Part shown: one piece after another, positions 26,200-40,000 of the stretch
How positions within the stretch are numbered: position 1 is the stretch's first letter
Layout of the letters: each line of letters starts with the position of its first letter
Assembly (NCBI GenBank): GCA_001600695.1
Contig: BCKQ01000012.1
Location: 513,139-577,138, forward strand
Origin: Ascoidea asiatica JCM 7603
Lineage: Eukaryota; Fungi; Ascomycota
DNA length: 64,000 nucleotides
Reading direction: 5' to 3'
The notes under the pieces: model-generated
Database searches by the model: none
Seen by the model: only the letters and a program-made list of their open reading frames with translations
Told to the model about the DNA's origin: nothing
Program-made: the position numbers and the translations under genes

Positions 26200-27545
26200 A
26201 CAAAAGGTGGAGTTGGTTCCATTATAGGGAAATGCAAACACAACTGCATGGCCAAAACAGTTCTTTTCAAAATCGACAATAGAATCATCTCAAAACACTG
26301 TATGTTTGGTATGGTTAACACAAATCCAAGAGATCAACAGAAACTCAAACCTTGTTAAACATTTAAATTCACTACCCTAAACTATTGGTTTACATCACGA
26401 GACAAAATTACAAATATTTTTCATTTTGAAAATAATTATACTTTAAATAAGGTATTAGGTATGTTTGAAAATTATTTTTTGAGCTCAATCTGTGATGATT
26501 GGACAAGTCGCGATAGAAACAGTATGTTATGGCTTACACTTCATGGCTGTGTTCTTAATTCCGAGCAAACTTATTTTGATTCTAGTTCCAGTGATGCTTT
26601 GAAAACCATAGTCTACAAAAGGTGAAGATCTGGCTAAATACATTTTTGATTTTTGTACTTCTTACAATCTTCTGACTCGTACTACCAAGTTTGGTTGGAA
26701 ACTATTGACTTGCTTTACGATGGATAATGCGTCAAATAATGATACAATGGCTGATAGTTTACGTGAATTACTTCATGGTTTGGATCCTAAAAAGATAAAA
26801 TACGCAGATTGGCTCATGTACTCAAATTAATTATTAAATCCTTTTAGTCAATATTCAATCAAAGTCTCTTAAAAATGAACCTCATGAATTCCCCAATATT
26901 CCTGATCAACACATGACGGATACTAATTTTAAAGGCCGTATAAAGTATTTAATATATCAATCCGCTGAGAGCTTAACACGTGAGATAATAAACAAAAGAA
27001 AGATACTAGCAGATTTCTTATGAACTCAAATTTTCAAAGATATTTTTGAGTCAATTTTGAAAAACCAAATATTAAAAAGTTCAAGGTTCACCAATTGAAT
27101 AGTACCATAAGGACTACTACTTACTTAATGATATCTGATTTCATCCTTGAAGAACCCATAATTAATTCATATGGCAAATGTGACAAAAGTTCAGTATATT
27201 TCGAGAATTAGAAAAACCAAAATACATAAAAACTGGGTTACAAACGATTTCAAATCAATTCAATTTATTAAAGACTTTTTTCATTCTTTTTATCAACTTA
27301 CTGAAATAGTATCAACAGATAGTATTTCATTAACTGGAAACTATTAGCTAAGGATGTTATCTATTGGTCAACATATAAAAACCTTTAATCAAATCTTCCA
27401 AGAGACAGAAGTAAATCCGGAACTGCAACGTGAACTTGAAAAGGCGTTTGAAGGCATGTATGTAAAATATCAAGATTATTTTGGAACAATCTCAAAAAGA
27501 AAATTGATATTAATGGCAGCATGTTTGCATCCGTTGAAATAGTTG
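26200..27545 (+). mobile_element. hAT-family transposase pseudogene
   Basis: BED-finger remnants (GKCKHNC ~26230; SNLVKHL ~26345), ICDDWTSR (first D, ~26491), TMDNASNN (second D, 26723), IRRLAHVLKL (cf. RCxAHxLNL, ~26800) and AACLHP (cf. AxxLDP, ~27515-27533). Frameshifted. Confidence 0.85.
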
Positions 27546-27829
27546 TGAGTTTTCATAGATTTTACTAATTTACAATTTAAAATTAAATAAAATTTTACTT
27601 ACTATGTATTAGTCAATTACCTAGTGCTAATCGATGATCTAAAAAGAAAACTAATAAAATTATATAAAAAAATAAGAAGAACTCGATTCCTTTTATATTA
27701 ATTCTCGATCACTTTGAGGTCCTACAGAACTACCGAGAATTTTCTGGAATTTCCAAAAGTGTCATAATTCCTGGGTAGAACCAGGGTGGGAATCAAGTTT
27801 ACTTTCTAGAAAGGGTTGAAAACTTGATT

Positions 27830-28566
27830 AAAATCAATAGATATTCACATTTTATTTTAACCATAGTAAAATCAATCCAGCCCACTTACCAGTGGGTAGA
27901 CAACCCAACTAATTGCGGGTAATAATCTTTAATGCCGAACTGAGATTAGATTCTCACGGGACCAGCTCTACTAGTCTCTTGTTTACTCCTAGACAATTCG
28001 GTCTACGCAGTGAGAATTATACTTCATCCCACAAGAAACTAGACTTAGCCAATTCAACCATCCAGCAGCTGACCCTCCTGGATCCCATTGGCCTGTCGGA
28101 TTTAAGATTTATCCGGATAGACGCTAAATCCTAACTTGTCTTTTAGTCTTCGTGTGCTGAATGGATTAGCCTTAATATGCGGTTAAATGTTTTACGACTA
28201 TGGCTGGTACGAATCTGATAGTCCTTTCTACCTTCTATGCTATACCCGACGTACGCACACATGACCTATGCCATGGGACTAGAATATCACATGATATCCG
28301 ACTTTCTGTGCACCTCTACAAAGACTCGTGGAAGGTCATGTGAATAGATGCATTTTTCACGGAACTGATTACAACTTTAGTAACCATATCTATATTTTCC
28401 CCAATTCTGCATCGCTATGCATCATTGTACATAATTTATACAGATTATTCTATAATACATGACTGTGTTACGTCTACTATAGATACGGGTCTTTTAGACC
28501 TTGAGCACCCCTGGTTTTAGTACCAATATAAGCTCTAGCATATATAGAACCCTATTAATTCCAACA
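27830..28566. mobile_element. Solo LTR-like repeat, family B copy 2
   Basis: Direct repeat of 21490-22224 ending in TTCCAACA, just downstream of the hAT transposase remnant. Confidence 0.75.
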
Positions 28567-29449
28567 TTCACTACATCAGTTTTGTTCTTTTAATTTATTA
28601 TTTTCATTGAAGGCACTGTATTAACTTTGTTCACGATATTTTTTTCATTTATTATTTTCCTACCATTTAGTATGTTCATTCAAGTCTTGGTGCTTCAATT
28701 CATTCCCTTCATTCAATTGATTCAATACGTTTCACTGATTACATTCATTATTCTGTTTTTATTTATTACCTTTATACAATTCATTATATACCGTCAGTTG
28801 AAAACATTTTTTTTTTTTTTTTTTTTTTGCTTTTCATTATATACATTCAATACCTTTTATTGTTTTTTTTTGTTCAATGATTTTCAATTTTTATATTTAT
28901 TCAATTTAGTATATTCTTGTTAATCATCATGTTCTTTCACGTCATTGTATTTGTTGGATTCACTGTATTCTTGCCATGTTTTATATTCATTCACTTTGAT
29001 ATTATATATAAAAAGATTTTGTTTATCCAATATTCTGCTATTTATCAAATGCTACAAAATGTAGTCAGGTGGTTAAAATTAGCTTCAGAATATAGTTTCT
29101 GTTCTTCGTAACAAAGACTATTTTCCATACAAAAATCTAGAACAGTTTCCCTGCGGGCATGTCACCGATGTTCGTATTTGCTTTTCTAAAAAATTTCGAA
29201 CCTAACTCAAATTTTAATATCCGAAATTGGGCCTGGTCATTCTTTATTTGTCACAGTCTCAATATAATTTCATCATGTATTGAATTAAAACAAGAAATTG
29301 TAGCAACCCATTCTTAATAATTCGAAATACTTTATCAACATCCAGGCTATCAACAGGCACAGCTAAAATAGCAATTGGAGGAGTTTGAGAAGAATTAGAA
29401 GAAAATTAAAAAAAAAAGTCCATAGATTCATTAAATGAAAATTGAGAAG

Positions 29450-31360
29450 GAAGTTAGAAAATTAGACCCGTATAGTTGCCAGTAAAATATTTTTAAGCAA
29501 CTTTAACAAATGAATAAAAGGATTTTGAACTAGCGAAAAAGAATTTTTTGCCAATTTGTAAATCAGTGAAGTTTTTTCATCATTGTTTAGATGGTAAAAG
29601 ATTTGAAATAAATAGAGGACTTGAAAGTTTAAAAGGAATTATTAATCCAAAAACTCGATTAAAAGGAAGAATTAATAGATGCAGCGGTACAGTGACCGAA
29701 TTCGATTGTGAAATGATCTATAGAAAAGGAAGTGCTAATGGTGCGGTCAGTGATTTATCAGCAATAGAATTAAATTCCCTTTTCATATCACTAAATTAAA
29801 CAGAAATTAATATTACAAGAAATTTAATTATAGCCTCAAATGCAGATCATTACTCGACAGATTTTCCTTCTCAGAAATTTGTAAAATTTTAAAAGAAAAT
29901 AGTTCAAATTCAGAATGCTATAATAAAGAAAAGCAACTCATTATTTAAAATAAACTCAAATTCTGATTAAATATTTCAAATTAGAAAATAATACACCATA
30001 TTATGATAATAGTGATAAGCTAGAAACTTTTACAATACCCGTTCCAGAAAAATCATCGTTACCAGGTTTTTCACATTCTTATTCAAATCAACGACCGTCA
30101 GGAATTTTTGGAACTTTTGTGCTCATCAATAGATCATTTTATATTTCTAAAGTTCAAGAAAAAATCAATAAACAAATTGATTTTTGTTATGAATGTCAAA
30201 AAATGGAGTTTCAAGTTTACAAAACTGAAATTTAATACCAATTTATGGGCAATGAAAGAAATTCGAAGCAATCACAATGGATTTCTTTTCAATCTGCAGA
30301 TAGTGAAAAAATCAGGTTCAACAGCTGCAATTTCGGTATTAGTAGATCAGTTAACAAAAATATCTAGATTATTATCAGTTACTAGAATAATTACTGCTGA
30401 AGAAATAGCAAAATTATTCATTTCAGATTATTCACCACTTCATGGTTTACCAAGAGAAGTAATTTCAGATAGAGATACATTATTCGTATCTCGATTTTGC
30501 AAAACCATCATGAATGATATCTATATTAAAAGATCAATGTTCATAACCAATCATCCATGCACTGGAGCATTATTAGAAATAAAAAATAAATCAAGTTGAA
30601 ATCAAATTAGAAACTTATCATCTTTCGATTTAGCTAATTTCCCTGTTTATTTAGGTATTTTAGAATACTACATCAAATCACAAATTTTAGAATCAACAGG
30701 TTTAACCAGATGTGAAATGGATTTAGGTTTTAACCCAACATTATAAATAGACAAAGCAAATTTATTAAATATTAGTCTTATTCCAACCGAGTTTGCAGAA
30801 AATAGAAAAGAATTTTTGAAATACATTCAAAATCAAGTTATAGATCGGCAATTAAATCAATAGCAGTTTTTTAATAACAAGCATATAAAAAGAACACTTA
30901 AGATGGCAGAATTTTTCTTACATCTTAAAAACGAAATCACAAATTATACTAATAGATATCCATCTATAATCTTTTTTTAAAGGTCCTTTAAAAGTTATCA
31001 AAACGAATAACAAAAATTGATATAAATCAGAATTACAAATTGGATTACAAAAAATTCATCCAACATTAAATATTCTGTAGTTAACAGAATACCACGTTTC
31101 ACAATATCCAAAGAAAGTTCCATGAAATTTGATGGATCAAGCATTAAGAGCAAGGGAAATTAATCAAATAGTAGAAATTCAAGCATATAATAATAATACC
31201 AACACACATGAAGTCAATTATAAAAACTGTAATCCACAAACTACAGTTATTATGACTGAAGAAATATTCAAATGCCGTCCAGTCAAATTACAACATTCAG
31301 TCGTATATAATTTCAAACAATTATATCAGTTTTCCGAAGACGGAGGAGGCAATTTATAAT
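29450..31360 (+). mobile_element. pol: 5'-truncated Ty3/gypsy element (Ty3 clade): RNaseH, integrase and PPT
   Basis: RNaseH KEFLPICKSVKFFHHCLDGK and IYRKGSAN. Integrase VLVDQLTK, HGLPREVISDRDTLFVSRF, HPCTG and KIHPTLNI. C-terminal ORF 31129-31359 (RAREI...YKNCNP...EEIF..RP...SVVYNFKQLY) resembles the Ty3 integrase C-terminus. PPT-like ggaggagg at ~31342. Confidence 0.85.
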
Positions 31361-32237
31361 ATCACTTAGAAAGGATTTATTTAATCAATTAACATTTCAA
31401 CAAACATTTTCATTTAAAAAACAAAAAAATCAAAACAAAAAACAATTTATATTAGATAAAACCTCTTCATATTATCCAACACATTTTACAGAAATAATAC
31501 CACTATATTAAATCTTTTTTGATTTGTCAATACAATTCAGGTAGTCATTATATTTCACTTAATATATTTCACCAAGTAATTAGCAAAGTTCAAATTAAAT
31601 TTTAAGTTTAAGAGTTACTAAGTAATTCAATTTATGAAACATTTTATACCAACTATTGTAATAAAATAACTAGATCAGCTTAATCTGCAAAAGCTCATGA
31701 TCATTCCATAGTTATTCTTTCCTATTCAACTTTTTATATCATTTTTTTATCTTAGTTTTCACGAATTCAATTTTTATCAATGATAAATCTTTATCAATCC
31801 TAAATCTTTATTCAAGTTTTTATAAATTTTTTATTTTTCAAGCTTTCCAAAATTTAGTTTTGCGTTCCGCGTTTCGCGTTAAGTTCATATTACTATACAA
31901 ATTGTGTTTTTGCACTTCGCATTTCGGCTTGGGCTATATTTTTAGTCATTTTATTATTTTTTACATACTAATCTTTTGAACGATTGTTAACTATATTGCA
32001 CCGTAATGAAGTATGAAGTACCATAGTAATATTTTGGTCAAGTTTTCTTTGACCAAAACTACAGAAAAATGACTATCATTATTTTTCAAAATTTTGCATA
32101 CAAAGGATTTTAAAATTACAATATTTCAATATTCATTTATAATAATATGTTTCAGTCCATAATTATCTTTTAAAAGACTTAAGTGACACAAATATTTCAA
32201 AAAGATTACTATGCAAAACACTGAATTTCGAATTATT

Positions 32238-33261
32238 TGTGAGAATTTCTAGGTAATACCATGTGAGGTGATATAGTCTAGCCGCACAAGCCTGAAGCTA
32301 CGAATTTTGCCGACAGCTTAGTAGTGAAAGCCCTGGTGAAAATGCCTTGTACGTATGATGACTACAGGAAAACGGAAAGCCGCTTGGGATACTTTCTCCG
32401 CGAAAGTAATCTGTTACGGCCAATCAAGGGGCCGTAGCAGTCCCGGTGTACTGATTTACCCGTTCCTGTGTTGATCAAGGATTCACAATCGAGGAATGAG
32501 CGTTATCTATGAATATGGATTGACTACGCACATGTTACAATATGCAAGATCGAGATACTTGAAGTATTCTCCAGGTACAATGTTCCATGACACTGGCCAG
32601 ATCCACTGGCCTGCGCCGGATTAGGAAACTGATTATCAGGAACACCGGAACATGATTGCGGAATACCCGAATGATTCCGATATACCAACACGCGAGAGTG
32701 CAGGTTTCATGTTCCAATTAGTAATTGTCCGAAGCAATTATTAGTTCATATTTTTCTGTGAGGGGTTAATATACGGATGAAGAAGACGTGATGTCTTGGC
32801 ATGCATAACTGTTCTTGGCGAACAAGCTGATGTCATGGGGCTGGATGAGGGGTAATTGATCAGTGAGTAGCTTCCAGAAGTTGATTGGCTTCTTGGACGC
32901 GAATGTAACAACTGATAGAAAAAATCCTTGAAGGTTTTTGCAAAAAGAAATGCTACTCGTACCTTAAATCAAATTGTAGGTGGACAGTACTAACTTGTTC
33001 TTTGAGATTAGGAGACGTAATTTCAACCCCAAATTACAGGTAGGAGGTGATATCCTCCTTATGTTTGGGCTCCTCCATGGTAACTTTTCCGCTATACGTA
33101 TGTCAAAAAGCAAGCACGATTTATAAGAAATATTTCTTGCTGATCAAGGTCCAGATCAATATAAAAAGACCTTGATTTCTCAATATTTTTATACAACTTT
33201 TTATATAGATTTTATCGAAATAAATGAATATGGCTTCTAATAATAAGAATAAAATTCAACA
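32238..33261 (+). repeat. ~1020-bp LTR-like repeat, family C copy 1 (left arm of inverted pair)
   Basis: Begins TGTGAGAATTTCT and ends TTCAACA. Collinear with the reverse complement of 35980-37004 along its whole length. Flanks ttatt/atatt match 4/5 (TSD-like). Confidence 0.8.
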
Positions 33262-35979
33262 ATATTTCAATCAAGTATCAAGAAAAAAAGAAAAGTAGAT
33301 ATTTATTAAAATAGAAAACTGTTGATGATAAAAAATAGAAGCCAAAGAGTTTAAATAACTGACATATCTCTGGCATCCGCACATGGCAAAACAATATAAT
33401 TAATAGAGATTTAAAGAAACTAATAGGAATAAAACAGAAGGTGATCAATGCAAGTCCCCAGCAACAAACTGTGATAAATACTAAGCTGTAACCCTCTATG
33501 TCAAACAAACGGAGTAAATAATTATTAACAATAAGCAATATTAATAAACCGTACTAATAATAATATATCCTACAAATCTTACAACTGCACCAAGACTGTA
33601 TTATCCTGGAAAAGTTTATTCGGTCGCTGGAAGCTATATTGAACAGTGGGCTTAATATTCGTTTTATTTTTAGCAATCATAAGGCAAACGTTCAACTAAC
33701 AACTGAAACTAACACTAGCAGTCATTTGAAAATAATAATAGTAGTACTTTGAAGATGTGGCCATACATTGCTACTGAAACTGAAAATAATATTTTATGAA
33801 AACATGTAAAATAATCGTTAAGGACGGTATAACGGGTAAACTTGACTTTAATATGAAGTATTAGTAAAAGAACCAGAAAATGATGTTTATTAGAAGGGGG
33901 AAACCAAGGCAAGAAAGATTAAACTAAAATAAAAGATTATCTATAAACTGTGGGACTTCCATTTGATGGAAAAGGGTATGAAAAAAAAAAAGTGGCAAAA
34001 CAGCGTATAACCAAATCAGAATATGACAACATGTATCAATAAAACTGGGTAAGGGAAGTAATATGCAAAAAGGACACAAAACTACATTAAAAAACAGAAT
34101 TCATGGAAATATGTATGAGGAATAAGCAGACTTAAACCGAATACTTACCAGCTTATGCTAATGTACTATTGAACTACATTAAGTCGCAAATAATGCAAGA
34201 CACATTTTAGTTAACAAAACTGATTTAGGACAACCAATCTATACTTGTCCTTATTTAGAGATATGTATTTTTCAGCTAATATTATATATACATTCCTGGT
34301 TAAATTTATTTCTTAAGATAATGGTTACGGCAACCAACTGGAGCGGATAAAATCTATTTGTAGTTTGGGAAAGTAATTCACATAAAACAATCAAAGGTTT
34401 AGTAAAATAATTCTGTTAGCGACTGGTTTTAGAATACAGGTGTGTAAAAAATTAGGCAATCTACAGAATTGAAATCACCTTGCCAATAAATTTATAGAAA
34501 GAATAGTATGCATAGAAATCCGCTGGTTCTGAATATTTCACGTAAGGTAACCGATAGCACAAAATATCTTACAATAAAAAACTTGAGTAATCTCTTTTCA
34601 AGTGTCACACACAAACAGTACAATGTACAAACTTGGGAGCAGTGGCGGTTATATTGGCGGTTGTAGCACAGGCCTTCCTGATAACTAAGGAATGGAACCA
34701 ATGTTACCCGACCTTGCTAAAAATGCGTTTTCTAGTATTTGATAGGTTATGAATATCACATGAAACTTGATATCGATTCACGCATGTTCATTGTGGTGAT
34801 TGGTAACGTAACTTGCAGACACTACGTTCCGTTTCTCTTTTTGTTTTTCGATTCCTTCTAATTCTTTTCAATTCTTTACTTTACTTTCCTCCACTTTCGA
34901 ACTTATATAACTTTTTATGACCCAAATATGTTTCCTGTCAGATGGTATAATTATGGGCCATTTATCCTTTTGTGATACATATCCTCTGGAGAAGATTCGC
35001 AAAATAGTTACAAAAAGACTACATTCTTTTGCTCCTAAGCAAACCCTATTTAATGCTGTTAGATCTTCCACAGGTAGAAAAAGCTAAATACAACTGTATA
35101 CTACAGTAAAGTGGTGATTTGGACAAGCTCTTGCTTCCATGACCCATGTTTTATTGCTCACCTGCCCGGTGATCAGGTTCGTTCCGTTCGCTAGTGAAAA
35201 GTTTTAGCCTTTTCTCATGAAATGCTACAAATAACGTATCGGCTACAGTTTTGCATTCTAATCATTACTTGCTATAATCACAAATAATAGTTTACAATTC
35301 ATGGTGTCGGAAATCGTTGGTTGTGAAAACTTTATACTTTCTTCTGGTATAGCGACCATAGCATGAAAAAAATTCTTAACCATATTCTCCGTTTGGCGAT
35401 TTCTACTACAGAATACAATAAATTATATTTGCAAGAGAACCCAAGGATGGCAAACATTAGTCAAGCCTTTATACCAATTCAGAAAGCAGTTTTGTTTTGA
35501 AACTTGAAAACAAATCCTCATATATATATCTTCGAACTCCACTTTGCTATATTTCTTTGAAAGAGCGAAGGGAAAAAACTTTTTACAAACTTACACAAAT
35601 CTCTGACTTACATTTTTATTTGAACATTGCTGATACTTTCAATAAGAAAATAGTGTTACTAAAAGCGATAGATTTAGAGCATAACTTATCTGCAACTTCG
35701 ATTCATTTCCTTTTTATTATATATTTTTCATTTTGAGCCACAAGGGATGTCAAAACTCAATAGTCTGCAGTACCTTCAACTGATGGCGGAATCAGACTTG
35801 AATACTAGTGCTAGAAGGAACTGATCTTTTTGCAAAAAAAATGCAAAAGCTAAAGTAAAATAACAATTGATATGTATTATAATTACAAGGCGTATATACC
35901 ATAAATTGGGTATAAACAAAAACTTAAAATAAATCGAGTGAATTGCAGAAAGGATATAAACATAATTACTGAAAGTATT

Positions 35980-37004
35980 TGTTGAATATTATTATTATTA
36001 GAAGCCATATTCATTTATTTCGATAAAAGCTATATAAAAAGTTGTATAAAAATGATGAGAAATCAAGGTCTTTTCATATTGAGTTGAACCTTGATGAGCA
36101 AGAAATATATCTTATAGATACTGCTAGCTGTTTCCCATACGTATTGGAAACCGGTTGCTATTGGGGAGGCCAAAATCAAGGGGGATATCAGTTCTTACCT
36201 TTAATTTTTGTGGTTGAAATTACGTCGGGTAATCTGAAACTAGAAATTAGTATGGTCCAGATACAATTAGCTAGAAGGTACAACTAAAATTTCGCTTTGA
36301 TAGAACCTAGCAGGACTTGTTCTTTCAGTTGGTACATTCATCTGTCCGACTAGCCAACCAACATATGGTTTTGGGACCAATGAGTTACCCCTTGGTATGC
36401 CCCAGCACAACACCTGTTTCGCCACTCATAATTATGCATGCCAAGGCATCATGCGTTGTAGAACCGCATATTAATCCCTGGCTGAAAAATATGAACCAAT
36501 AATTGCTTCTTATAGTTACTAGTTTGCACATGAAACGAGGCCCCTCGTCGGTCGGTAGATCTAAGTCAGTCGAGTATATCACAATTAAGTTTCACTCTTC
36601 CTGAATAGGTAATCACTTACCCAATGGGGACCAAGCCACTGGAGCCGACAATTGACATAAAATATAATACCTGGAGAATACTTGAGGTAAACACAGGATA
36701 CATCGTATAACGTGTATTTAAACAAACCATACTCACAGCTAAACCTCACGCCTGAGCTGTGAATACTTGTTCCGCTTATGAACGTGTAAGTCAGTATAAC
36801 CCGACTGGTCAAGTCCCTTGCTTGGCTTTTAGAGAATACTATCGCTGAGACGGCACCCCAAGAGGCTTTCGTTGTCCAGTACTAAGCATAAGTACAAGTC
36901 CTTATCACCATCGCGTACAGTAGTATCTAGGCCACATTCATAGTTCCCGGGCTGTGCAACTTGACTAATTTTACCTCGGCTGGTCTTACGGAGAAATCCT
37001 GACA
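35980..37004 (-). repeat. ~1020-bp LTR-like repeat, family C copy 2 (right arm of inverted pair)
   Basis: Reverse complement begins TGTCAGGATTTCT and ends TTCAACA. The inner ~128 bp differ from copy 1 at about 10 positions by manual count; the outer part is visibly more diverged. Confidence 0.8.
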
Positions 37005-40000
37005 GGTAACAATTGTGTTCAACTGAAGCATGATACTCAGCAGCGTGTTGCTCTTTGACTCGGGGAGTGGTCAGAATTAAGAATAGGTTAACAAAATGTA
37101 AAATATATCATTAGCTACCTTATCTAAATGTGCACAGGTTATCTTTCTTTAGGTTAGCCATATAGGAACATCGTCTTTATGGAAATTATCAGGTATTACA
37201 TTAGAATTAAGATACATTGGAAAATAATAATATATGGCTATTGGTAACATATTACCACAAGGTTAAAGCAACAATAATACGTAAGTTTCGAAGTTGTATC
37301 GAAATTGGCTTTTTCAAGTTTGATATAAACTACCTTACCATTGTACGCCATAATATATTACACTATTATACAATGTTTGGCTATTGGCAGTTCAGGTACG
37401 GTATTTTTCAATCAAACAACAACCGCATTCGATATAACAGTAGACAGAACCCTGAATCTCTTGTACAACCTAGCTAACTCTTTCAAACGACGTCGACCCA
37501 CCATGAAACTGTTTACATGAATATTTAAGTCTTTTAGCAGCTGCTCAGCCTTTTTCGGAGTACAACGTTACCAATAATTATGGCTATAAGGAAGTCAAAC
37601 TATTTTAATGAAGTCGGCTGATCACAATCGCACAAGGTAGACGGCCAAGCAATCCCCGAAAGATTTGTTCTGTTCATGAAAGGCTCTGCTGTTTCAACTG
37701 TCGGTACTGGAAATGCAAGCCGTATTTGTCGAGGAATATTTTAAATCACATATTCTTCAGTATATTCTTCTAACCCTGCACAATTAGCGTTCGTTTATGA
37801 CAGCTACCGGAAATATTAGCTATAAGGTGTCGCTAAAAAATCTTTCTTCGAAGTAAAGATATGGCCTACTTTGAACTAGCAATGGTTTAAAATTAGTAAG
37901 CAAAAAAAATCTATAGTAACTAGCATATTTTTTTAACCTCATTTATTTGAAACCCTCAAAACGTCACCACACACAATGCCTTCTTGTTGCTGCCTGATAA
38001 TTCTAGACGAAAACCATTAAACAATGAAAATAATTGTAGCAAATTTAACAAATTCTTGGCGATAGCGTCATCCATTGGATTAGCAGCCAAGCGGTGTGTA
38101 TCCATCAAGATTTGCACTGGGTGTAATAAGGCTGTTAAAGTTTTTAGTAACAACGGTCGACACTCATAAGGAGCAGAAGAATATCCTTGAACAAATTAAT
38201 TGCATCGTACCCGATGAAGCGGATCAACCATCATAAGCTCTCTGGAAAATATATAGAAATAGAAATTGGTGCATCAGTATCAGGAACATCAGAAAAAGAA
38301 AAAAAAATCAAGCTGATAGTGGTTCTGTAGAATGATCTGTGTGCTCAGTCAAATTCAGTTTCTTAACAGGAACTTACCGGAAGCACTTTGAATATAATAT
38401 AGGAAGTAGCTTTGCGGAGTCTCCAGGCTAAACATAACACTGATTACACTATCGTCTATTAGAATATCGCGAAGTTTTTTTTTCAAGCTTGGTTTTTCAC
38501 CTTGAGATGGGATTCATAATCATCCTTGTAAATTGAGTACATCGTAATAAACCAAAACCTCATTTGACAACCAATTTGTGAAACCTTTTACCCCTATATT
38601 GTTTCAGTGTTTTGATGATTGTGTAAAGGCGACCTTGTGTAGTTACAACTCAACTCATTACATAATGTTAGATCTTCTGCTACCCTTAGTCTACTTCTAC
38701 ATGCAACACACAACCATTTAGCGCATAGGAATATATATTCTTATTTTGGTTTATCATCGTCCGCTGTCTTTCTCAGCTTGTCGTCATCGCTATGATTCGG
38801 ACGTGATTCTGATTTCGTCTCTCTATCTGTTCCAGTGTTTCCTCCTGCCGCTCTTGGCTCTCTTGCGTTTCTTCCCTTTAGTTGTCTCGCTGTCTGGTTG
38901 CTATGATCCCTGCTGTGAGAGGCCATTCTTGAAATGCAGAATTCATATAAATAGCGTTTTTATTAGTTTATTCTTTTAGGCCCGTTTTTATGTTTTAACA
39001 TAATATTGTTGTTTTTGGATTGTTGTTGTTAGTAATTGTGTTAGAATCCTATTGTATTTTAGTACCGCACAGGGAACAACTGTCTAACAGTTACACTTAA
39101 ACATTATAGAGTCATTCTCATCAGGACTTTGATTACAAGAAAAATCTAGAGCAATAATTGATACGCCTGATATACTGCTTTTTTCAGGATTGCTAAACAC
39201 CTGCCCATTTATCGATTGTTTAAAAATGCACCGGTCATATTCCTAGTTTATACAGTTAGCAAGAAGAAATATTTTTGGCATATTAGAGTTTCCCATTTTG
39301 CCAAAATTTGTGATGACCTAGGCTTATAAAATATCGCACCTTTTGAATCCTACAAGTTGCAAGGTTCTTGAAATTTGTTCTATAGCAACTGAAGTTTTCA
39401 GCAGAAAAAAATGCGGTGGCCACAATTGAAATGTGTTTTAATATTCCGTCTAAATTGAAATTGTAGCGCATTAGTTTGACTAATATTGGAAACTATATTT
39501 CACTTACGAGATTTCAAAACTCAGATAAAATACGGAGTGTTGTCATATTAATAATGCAATATCATCAGATATACGGCTGGCTATGTTCCACTAACGAGGC
39601 CAATCAGGGGAACGCCCGAACTTTAGGTATTCAGCAGAAAGTCAGGATAGTACATCGATTTTAAGTTTGGTGGTGTTCAACACATTCAACTGCCTCAGTG
39701 CCGCTCGCTACACATTGGACTGCAATGTATCCCCGTATTTATCGTGGGAGGGGGGATTAAGAAACACCTTGCTGCCATGTTCAGCCCGCAAAACAACTGG
39801 GTACATATTGGTTACTCACGATTCCATTCGTACTTTTGATTTTTTGCATCATCTCTAGGATTCCGGCATTTGCGAGAATTTGGTCCGTCGCTCTCCGTTG
39901 GTGTAGTCAAATAATATGGAAACTGCTTCATTGCTTTTTAGCTGCCTTAACTTCCGATTTACCAATGGCTCTCGAATAGCATTAAAATTTATTTTGCTTT

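Noticed and set aside
28627-29111. Hydrophobic F/I-rich ORFs as membrane proteins
   Set aside because: They are translations of T-rich low-complexity repeat DNA.
31850-31935. CG-rich patch downstream of the Ty3 fragment as a tRNA target gene
   Set aside because: No cloverleaf and no A/B-box spacing could be found.
33262-35979. YPDLAKNAF (~34704) as a hAT dimerisation domain, or a LINE RT in the inverted-repeat core
   Set aside because: No following ERxFS motif and no RT motifs found, so the core is left unassigned.
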